DNA from: an uncultured Gammaproteobacteria bacterium
Lineage (GTDB): Bacteria; Patescibacteriota; Microgenomatia; UBA10105; UBA927
Direction: 5' to 3'
DNA: 64,000 bases
Assembly (NCBI GenBank): GCA_964609895.1
Contig: CAZSTG010000002.1
Coordinates: forward strand, 84,373-148,372
Of this stretch, positions 57,380 to 64,000 are shown one piece after another. Positions within the stretch are counted from its first letter, which is position 1, and each line of letters opens with the position of its first letter. The notes under the pieces are model-generated. The model searched no databases. It saw only the letters and a program-made list of their open reading frames with translations, and had not been told where the DNA came from. The position numbers were made by a program, and so were the translations under genes.

Positions 57380-58834
57380 ATGACATCACGCAGATTCCAT
57401 ATAAAACACATAGACGTGTGTATCGTGGTCGCGTTATTTGTTTTTTCTTTTTTGATCAGGCTGCCGCTTGTAAAGGAAAACGCATTGGGATTTTTTAGCG
57501 ATGAGACACGGTACAACAATTACCTGACTGATGCGTTTGATACGTCCGTGATAGAGGAGGATTTTCACAGATTCTGGAAATCCGTTTTTGACATACACGC
57601 GCGTCCTGCATACGGCGTGTTGTATTTGCCTTCGTTATACTTTACCAATATCACACATAATAATTTGTTCGGCCCCATATATAATCTTGTGTTAAATTCC
57701 TTTTGTATTGTTTTGCTGTTTTTTATCGTAAAAAAAGCTTTTTCCTATAAAGCGGCGTTGTTAAGTACAGGTCTTTTTCTATTTTCCATGACCTCTGTGT
57801 CATATGTTCGGCATATGCTTCCGTATGACGGCGCATTGCTGTTTTATCTTTTGGGGCTGTGTATATATGTCTATTCGCGTGCGTGGTTTTTTTTCGGTGT
57901 ATGTATGGGCATGTCTTTTGCAGTATATCCGGGAAATTATTTTTATATCGTGCCGATTCCGTTTCTGCTGCTTTTCTGTTCGCCCGGTACGTCATGGAGT
58001 ATGAAACTCAGGCGGTTCGTGACATTTGCGGCGGGTCTGGCGGTTGTTTTGGTGGCATTTGAATATCTGTCTGTTTTTCTCGAAAAGCCCATGTCCTATA
58101 TACAGACGGCGATACGACTTTCGCGTACGGTAATACAAGGCGACTTTATTCCCGCATTGAAATTCATTGTGCAGTACGTATATGCAAATGACGGATTTTT
58201 TGGTATAAGTATTGTCGCCGCAGCTATACTTTCATTGTTTTTTCTGCAGAGATCACAGGGAAATAATCGTTACAGGGCGATGGTGTCGTTTTATATGATA
58301 GGTGTGTATCTCATTATGGAGATCATGTCTTTTGGTACACACAGCATGGTGCTATACGGAAGAACAGTACGGATTCTGTATCTCTGTATGATGGTGTCTG
58401 TTTCCGTATGGTTGGCTGAGAGGTTGCGTTATGGTTTCCTTGTGATGTTCGTGCTGTTGGTTTTGGCGGTGCACTGGATTTTGCGATACAGCGCGTATGT
58501 CGCCGTTGTATATCCGAACGATTTTCTATCCCGCGTTTCATCATTGTACGTTTCCAGTGCTCCTCTGAACGTCATTTCTTCCGGTAAGGAGCAGACAGAT
58601 GACGACGATCGACTGGTTTTCAGGAACATCAATCAATTCTATATAACCAATATCGGGTTTCTCTATCCGTATTACGGGGTAAAAAAAATTGACTGTAAGG
58701 ACAAAATTGTATTACTGCATGCACCGTATCCGCTGGCAGCGTACACACCGTATCTGTTTGAGGGATTTTCAGAAGCGGAACGCAGGAGTTTTTTCCGTGA
58801 TCCGCCGCAGTATCAGTTTCTTTACTGCCGGTAG
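57380..58834 (+). CDS. GT-C fold integral membrane glycosyltransferase (ArnT/PMT-like)
   Basis: About 11-12 TM, FSDETRY acidic motif after TM1, ARPAY, soluble C-terminal domain. Confidence 0.65.
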   Translation: MTSRRFHIKHIDVCIVVALFVFSFLIRLPLVKENALGFFSDETRYNNYLTDAFDTSVIEEDFHRFWKSVFDIHARPAYGVLYLPSLYFTNITHNNLFGPIYNLVLNSFCIVLLFFIVKKAFSYKAALLSTGLFLFSMTSVSYVRHMLPYDGALLFYLLGLCIYVYSRAWFFFGVCMGMSFAVYPGNYFYIVPIPFLLLFCSPGTSWSMKLRRFVTFAAGLAVVLVAFEYLSVFLEKPMSYIQTAIRLSRTVIQGDFIPALKFIVQYVYANDGFFGISIVAAAILSLFFLQRSQGNNRYRAMVSFYMIGVYLIMEIMSFGTHSMVLYGRTVRILYLCMMVSVSVWLAERLRYGFLVMFVLLVLAVHWILRYSAYVAVVYPNDFLSRVSSLYVSSAPLNVISSGKEQTDDDDRLVFRNINQFYITNIGFLYPYYGVKKIDCKDKIVLLHAPYPLAAYTPYLFEGFSEAERRSFFRDPPQYQFLYCR

Positions 58835-58836
58835 CA

Positions 58837-59331
58837 TTATTGGGCGGGCGGGGACAGCTCCAGAAATGTGTAGGTGTATCCGTTTCCAAAGCCTTCTTTT
58901 CTTGACAGTTCTCTGGAAAATCTTGCGTAGTCTGGGAAAAAAGTATCAGCATCAGGGAAGTCTTGGTGTACTTCAGTAATGTATAGCTTGTCCGCAATAG
59001 TAATAGCTTGGGCATATAAGTTTGCGCCACCAATGATAAAGAGTTCTTTTTTCTCTTTTTCTTTTCCTAAGGCAATTGCCTCATCAAGTGAGTGAACAAT
59101 GAAAGATCCGTCCGTTGTTTTGAACGTGTCGTCTCTTGTAATAATGATATTAGGCCGTTCCGGTAGCGCATGCCCGATGGATTCATACGTTTTCCTGCCC
59201 ATAATGACGGCATGGCCACGCGTTTTACTGCGAAAGTGTTCCATATCCTCGGGAATATCCCAGAGAAGCCTGTTGTTTTTTCCAAGCTCTCGGTTTTTCC
59301 CTATGGCAGCAATGATAGAAAGTATAGGCAT
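58837..59331 (-). CDS. folA: Dihydrofolate reductase
   Basis: IAAIGKNRELG, LLWDIPEDMEHFR, IMGRKTYESIG, LPERPNII, IIGGA. Confidence 0.97.
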   Translation of the reverse strand: MPILSIIAAIGKNRELGKNNRLLWDIPEDMEHFRSKTRGHAVIMGRKTYESIGHALPERPNIIITRDDTFKTTDGSFIVHSLDEAIALGKEKEKKELFIIGGANLYAQAITIADKLYITEVHQDFPDADTFFPDYARFSRELSRKEGFGNGYTYTFLELSPPAQ

Positions 59332-59339
59332 ACTAAGAA

Positions 59340-59424
59340 ACCAATAAGCCAATAACTACCAATAATTCAATGAGCCAATGTGCCGTAATTTTTGTATTGG
59401 TCGGATTGGTAATTATTGGATTAT
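59340..59424. repeat. CCAATA/TATTGG short repeats in inverted arrangement between thyA and folA
   Basis: ACCAATAAGCCAATAACTACCAATAA...TATTGGTCGGATTGGTAATTATTGG; the 17-mer at 59395-59411 is identical to 32737-32753. Confidence 0.75.
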
Positions 59425-59425
59425 T

Positions 59426-60373
59426 TTAAAAACCTCCAACAACAGTGATATCACCTTTGATCGGATCATGATGTTTATAGTTTTCAATGGTGATATCCTC
59501 AAACGTAAATCCATCAATGGTTTTTACCTTTGGATTCAGCTTGAGCGTCGGGAATTTGTATGGTTTGCGTTTCAGCTGCTCTCTACATTGTTTGAAATGA
59601 TTTTCATAAATGTGAACATCACCGAATACGTGTACAAATTCACCCGGTTCATAGCCGGTCACCTGTGCGAGCATCATAGTAAGGAGTGCATAACTGGTGA
59701 TATTAAACGGCACGCCAAGGAACAGATCGGCACTCCGTTGATACAGAAGAAGCGACAGTTTGTTGCCAGTGATGTTGATATGGAACATCGTGTGGCACGG
59801 CGCAATTACCATGGATGCGCTGTGTGATCCGCTCATTTCATAAATGCATCCTGCATTCCATGCGCTGATGATATAGTGTTTTTTCTGGGGGTATTTTTTG
59901 ATTTTTTCAACTGCCCAGCCAAGTTGGTCAACGGTTGTTCCTCGTCCGGTCGGCCATTTTCGCCACTGCACGCCGTAGACCGGTCCAAGTTCGCCCCATT
60001 TGGCTAAGAACTTGGGGTCTGCTTTTGCTTTTTCCATGAAGGCTTCATACGTCATGGGTTTTGCTTTATTTTCTTTTACCGCCCATTCATATTTCTTGAA
60101 TGCCCACTCATCCCAAATGTGAACGTTATTGTCAACCAAATATTTTATGTTTGACGATCCTGACAAAAACCAAATGAGTTCATGGATAATGCCGCGGGTG
60201 AACATTTTTTTTGTTGTGAGAAGCGGAAATCCTTTGGACAAATCATACCTGCAGATCCGTCCGAAGACACTTTTGAGTTTTACTCCCGTGGAATGGGATA
60301 TTTTCCATGTTCCATGCTTCATGATATCAGTCATGAGATCGAGGTATTGGTATTCCGGATGACGAGCATTCAT
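59426..60373 (-). CDS. thyA: Thymidylate synthase
   Basis: FPLLTTK, ELIWFLSG, LGPVYG.QWR, APCH, YQRSADLFLGVPFN, GDVHIYENH; adjacent to folA. Confidence 0.95.
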   Translation of the reverse strand: MNARHPEYQYLDLMTDIMKHGTWKISHSTGVKLKSVFGRICRYDLSKGFPLLTTKKMFTRGIIHELIWFLSGSSNIKYLVDNNVHIWDEWAFKKYEWAVKENKAKPMTYEAFMEKAKADPKFLAKWGELGPVYGVQWRKWPTGRGTTVDQLGWAVEKIKKYPQKKHYIISAWNAGCIYEMSGSHSASMVIAPCHTMFHINITGNKLSLLLYQRSADLFLGVPFNITSYALLTMMLAQVTGYEPGEFVHVFGDVHIYENHFKQCREQLKRKPYKFPTLKLNPKVKTIDGFTFEDITIENYKHHDPIKGDITVVGGF

Positions 60374-60404
60374 GAGATGAGTCCTTTCTTTGGGCAGGAA
60401 TGTA

Positions 60405-61634
60405 TTATGTTTTTATGACGTTGCCGAACTTTTTGATGTATATGGCAGAAATAACCATAGCAAGTGCAAGCAAAAGAAACAAGATATCAGCTCCGAGAAT
60501 TTCTGTTACCGATGCGGAAAGAAACATTGGGATAATGGCGGCGATGGTCATAAGAAACCACAGGTTGCCCCATAGTCTCCCCATCATATTGTTTGGAGTT
60601 TCCTCCTGCATGAAGGTTTGAGACGGAACTTGAATGCACACAAAACAGAATCCAATTATGAATGCCAGTATCGGGAGCACAATGAAACGGATTTGCTCCG
60701 TAAGGTGGCTCGGAACAAGCGCAAGCACGGCAAATACCGTGCCCACGGCAAAAAGAGCGTTCTGAATAACAATTTTTTTCCGTACAACCTTCCGTTTTAT
60801 CAGCGGCGAAACGATGGAGACGCCGACAATTGCACCGACAAGTGCCGGAACGACGATGATGAGCGCAACATCCTGAACGTCGATGCCGAATATGTGGGTT
60901 GCAAGTGCCGGTATGTTCACCGCTACGATGTTCAATGTCATTTCAGCGCCGAGTATGAGCAGTGCAGGATACAAAACGCTTTTGTTGTTCTTGATATACT
61001 GATACCCCTCAACCACTTTGCTGAAGAATTCGCCCAGTTGTTTTTCTACGTCAACAGGTTTTCTTCCGTTTAATTTCGGGAGGGTTGATACACTGATAAA
61101 CGCAATGGACAGAATGGCAGTGCCAAAGATGATGATGACGGGAAACCCCACAAATTTCGCACATATCCCCGCAAGCGCAAATCCGATAAGCATGCATGCC
61201 TGTTTGCTCAGGAGAAAAAACCCGTTTGCCTCCGGCAGATCTTCTGTTTTGACGAGTGACGGCATGGTTGCGGATTCGGCTGGCAGGTAAAACTGGTTGA
61301 CAAACGAATAGCAGAACATCAGGGCATAAAAAAGAAAATATCTTTCTCCGACGAGTAAAAAGGACAGCATGGTTCCCGCAAGAAGCAGGGTGGAAATAAC
61401 CAGCAGTCTTTTTCTGTTTAACAGATCTACGATCGTGGCTGCAAACGGACCGCTCAACAGAATCGGAAGACTATAAGCAATCCAGAGAAATGTGGCTGCG
61501 AGTGTGGATCCCGTGGTCGCGTACAATTTTAACAGCAGTGTATAGGTGAGGAGATTGAGACTGATCAGGGAGCATGCCTGAGAAATCCAAAGTTTTACAA
61601 ATTGCTTGTTTTTTAATACCTCGGGTATTTTCAT
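60405..61634 (-). CDS. MFS transporter (MFS_3/H+ antiporter-like)
   Basis: FVKLWISQ, PFAATIVDLLNRKR, MPSLV...DL..AN, QEETPNNMMGR. Confidence 0.9.
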   Translation of the reverse strand: MKIPEVLKNKQFVKLWISQACSLISLNLLTYTLLLKLYATTGSTLAATFLWIAYSLPILLSGPFAATIVDLLNRKRLLVISTLLLAGTMLSFLLVGERYFLFYALMFCYSFVNQFYLPAESATMPSLVKTEDLPEANGFFLLSKQACMLIGFALAGICAKFVGFPVIIIFGTAILSIAFISVSTLPKLNGRKPVDVEKQLGEFFSKVVEGYQYIKNNKSVLYPALLILGAEMTLNIVAVNIPALATHIFGIDVQDVALIIVVPALVGAIVGVSIVSPLIKRKVVRKKIVIQNALFAVGTVFAVLALVPSHLTEQIRFIVLPILAFIIGFCFVCIQVPSQTFMQEETPNNMMGRLWGNLWFLMTIAAIIPMFLSASVTEILGADILFLLLALAMVISAIYIKKFGNVIKT

Positions 61635-61676
61635 AATCGGCAATTTTTTTATTATATCATGTGCTAGGATAGATAT

Positions 61677-62480
61677 ATGAAATTATTCTGCACGGTGTTT
61701 GCTGCAGTGTGTCTTGCCTTCAGCGGTCTTCATACGTCTCCACCTGTTTCTTCTCCGCAAATCCCGACCCCGACGCCGATTGTTTGGCCGGTTCGCATTC
61801 CCGTTCTTTTGTATCACTATGTGGAATATGTAGAGGACAAAGGGGATACGATCAGACAATCCCTGAATATTACGCCCTATACGTTTGATAAACAGATACA
61901 GACACTCGCACATGCAGGATATACATTTTTAACTGCAAAAGATCTGGGTGAATTGATTGACGGCAGGGGAATCCTTCCGGAAAAACCGGTTGTTATTACC
62001 TTCGATGACGGATATCGTGATTTTTATACGGATGTATTTCCGATACTGAAGAAGTATCATGCAAAAGCGACTGTATATATGATTGCGGGATTCGTCGGAT
62101 ACAAAAATAATCTGACGGAGGAACAGTTGCGGGAGCTTGCATCAAGTGGGTTAGTTGATGTCGGCGCGCATACGATGCATCACGTGGGTTTGCGGTATAT
62201 GGACAGGAAAACAGTGAAAAAGGAAGTGGAAGAGAGTAAAGAATTTCTGGAAGGTATGCTTGGTACGCCGGTCGTGTCATTTGCATATCCTGACGGGTCG
62301 TATGACGATGCCGCTATACAGGTGGTAAAGCAGGCGGGATTCACGACGGCGGTCAGTACAAGTCCAGGTATTGAAAACGGAGCGGGAAATCGCTATGCGC
62401 TGTTTCGCCTACGCACTGGCGGGCGGGTAGGCGAAACATTGCTTCAGTATTTTACCCAAAAGACGTTTACGTCTTGGTAA
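61677..62480 (+). CDS. Secreted polysaccharide deacetylase (CE4/NodB)
   Basis: Signal/TM and PT linker, PVLLYH, ITFDDGY, GAHTMHH, FAYPDG. Confidence 0.93.
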   Translation: MKLFCTVFAAVCLAFSGLHTSPPVSSPQIPTPTPIVWPVRIPVLLYHYVEYVEDKGDTIRQSLNITPYTFDKQIQTLAHAGYTFLTAKDLGELIDGRGILPEKPVVITFDDGYRDFYTDVFPILKKYHAKATVYMIAGFVGYKNNLTEEQLRELASSGLVDVGAHTMHHVGLRYMDRKTVKKEVEESKEFLEGMLGTPVVSFAYPDGSYDDAAIQVVKQAGFTTAVSTSPGIENGAGNRYALFRLRTGGRVGETLLQYFTQKTFTSW

Positions 62481-62484
62481 AGTT

Positions 62485-62979
62485 TTACCTGTTTCCATTG
62501 ACTGGTCCGTTTCCATTTTGCGGACCGCCCATCATTTCTGGGTTTAATTGGACACTTTGCGCGCTGACACTTCCATCTGTATTCGTACTTCCAGAAACTG
62601 CGATAGTGTCTCCAATTTTAATATCACTTTTTGCGGCAGCTATCGTTGTTTTATAGTTTGTTGTTCCTGAAAGGATAACAATTTTTGAACTGCCGTCTTG
62701 GAGTTTGACTGTCATGGATGTGTCGTCAATAGACGATACTGTTCCGATTTGCATGCCGCCAAATCCCATTCCCGTGCCGTTTTTTGTGTTTTTTACTGTT
62801 CCTGTTTGTTTGTTGTCGGCAGTGTTTTGTATACCGCCGGACATGTTGTTTTGTCCACTCCGTCCAAACATTGGAATTTTTGTTTGTTGGTATTTCATAC
62901 CGCCAAAAAATCCTAACACCGCACAAATAATTGCAACGATGCTTCCTGCGAGCATTGGGTTTTTCTTTATATCTTTCAT
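62485..62979 (-). CDS. Single-TM protein with DUF5666-like OB domain
   Basis: GFFGGMKYQ after TM; DGSSKIV, DIKIGDTIAVSG..NTDGSVSAQSVQL. Confidence 0.75.
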   Translation of the reverse strand: MKDIKKNPMLAGSIVAIICAVLGFFGGMKYQQTKIPMFGRSGQNNMSGGIQNTADNKQTGTVKNTKNGTGMGFGGMQIGTVSSIDDTSMTVKLQDGSSKIVILSGTTNYKTTIAAAKSDIKIGDTIAVSGSTNTDGSVSAQSVQLNPEMMGGPQNGNGPVNGNR

Positions 62980-63084
62980 ACAAACTCCTTCAATACATTT
63001 TTATACATGTTGTTCATCTATTTGAACATATGTGTAGTGTATATATACTGACTGAAAATTGACTGAAAAAATACGAATGAACTA

Positions 63085-64000
63085 TTATTCGTACCGTAAT
63101 GCTTCAATAGGTTGGAGATTGGCCGCAATTTTGGCAGGATACCAGCCGAAAAGAATGCCGATTGTTGTGGAAACACCAAATGCCAAAAACACCGATCGTA
63201 TGGACACAACGAAGGTGGTGTCGTTGAGGATTGCATACATGTAAAACCCGATAATGCCGAGTGCTATGCCGATGACACCCCCTGTGAAGGTAAGGATAAT
63301 GGATTCCATGAGGAATTGGGTAATGATGGTGCGTTTTTTTGCACCCAGCGCTTTCCGAAGTCCAATCTCTCTCGTTCGTTCGGTTACGGACATAAGCATG
63401 ATGTTCATAATACCAATGCCACCGACAAGAAGAGAAATTGCGGCAACACCTGCAAGAAGCGTTGTGAATGTTCCGGTTACCGCCGTTGCGGTTTCCAGAA
63501 TATCGGATTGGGACATAATGCGAAAATCGATGTTTTCGATATCGGTAATCTTATGTCGCTCCATTAAAAGATAGCCAACTTGATTTTGTGCAGCGGTCAT
63601 GACATTCTGACTTTTTGCTTCAAGGGCAATGGATGTTACATACTTCACTCCGAAAATTTGCTTCTGGGCGGTGGTTAAGGGGATATAGACACGATCGTCT
63701 GTATTGTTCATTCCGGATCCGCCTTTTGATTTGGTAATTCCGATAACCTGAAAATTTTTCCCGCTGATGCGAATGGTTTGGCCAACCGGATCAACACCAG
63801 TGCCGAACAAGTCTTCTGCAGTTGTTGGCCCAAGGACGGCAACTTTTGAGGACGCTGACACTTGTTGATCCGTAATGAATACACCAGAGGTCATGGTGAC
63901 TTTGCGGACTGATTGGTAGACGGAAGTGACGCCGACAACAGTTGTGTTCGTGTTGTTTCTTCCCGCAATAATCTGGCTTCTTCCGGAGTATTCGGGAGAT
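63085..64000 (-). CDS. MacB/FtsX-like ABC transporter permease, 5'-partial
   Basis: ISLLVGGIGIMNIM, SVTERTREIGLRKALGA, QPIEALRYE; frame is open to the window edge. Confidence 0.95.
   Translation of the reverse strand, partial: SPEYSGRSQIIAGRNNTNTTVVGVTSVYQSVRKVTMTSGVFITDQQVSASSKVAVLGPTTAEDLFGTGVDPVGQTIRISGKNFQVIGITKSKGGSGMNNTDDRVYIPLTTAQKQIFGVKYVTSIALEAKSQNVMTAAQNQVGYLLMERHKITDIENIDFRIMSQSDILETATAVTGTFTTLLAGVAAISLLVGGIGIMNIMLMSVTERTREIGLRKALGAKKRTIITQFLMESIILTFTGGVIGIALGIIGFYMYAILNDTTFVVSIRSVFLAFGVSTTIGILFGWYPAKIAANLQPIEALRYE

Overview
64 kb of a reduced bacterial genome, almost certainly Patescibacteria/CPR (Microgenomates-like). The evidence is a stand-alone 16S rRNA gene with OP11-type mismatches to universal primers, a short EF-Ts, rpsB-tsf-frr without pyrH, an archaeal-type ProRS, extensive nucleoside salvage (dcd, dNK, tmk, tdk, udp, PfkB kinase, ahcY, prs, thyA-folA) and lower glycolysis with acetate formation (pyk, ADP-forming acetate-CoA ligase, gpmI, eno). 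It also carries mreB/PBP2, dprA-topA, dnaX-ybaB...recR, cysS, tRNA-Cys and tRNA-Ile. Non-routine signals: (1) a coupled operon of DUF5989 mini-peptide, SxtJ-like protein, O-carbamoyltransferase and SGNH protein, plus four more membrane-anchored SGNH proteins; the 50-aa peptide ends in a DltX-like Tyr motif, suggesting trans-membrane carbamoylation of a surface glycan. (2) Two unrelated orphan genes, each with its own promoter and structured leader, and each clamped by a perfect 12 or 17 bp 5'UTR/3'UTR inverted repeat. (3) Several families of tiny palindromic or short repeats, some read in-frame in rpsB, gpmI and glmS, and a 79-bp tandem duplication built from the tRNA-Ile 5' end. (4) A shared TM-DIRSRA motif in two surface proteins, one ending in a knottin-like Cys pattern. 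(5) A eukaryote-type UDP-galactopyranose mutase. (6) Pervasive near-leaderless promoters. All calls come from reading motifs by eye; no database search or folding program was run.
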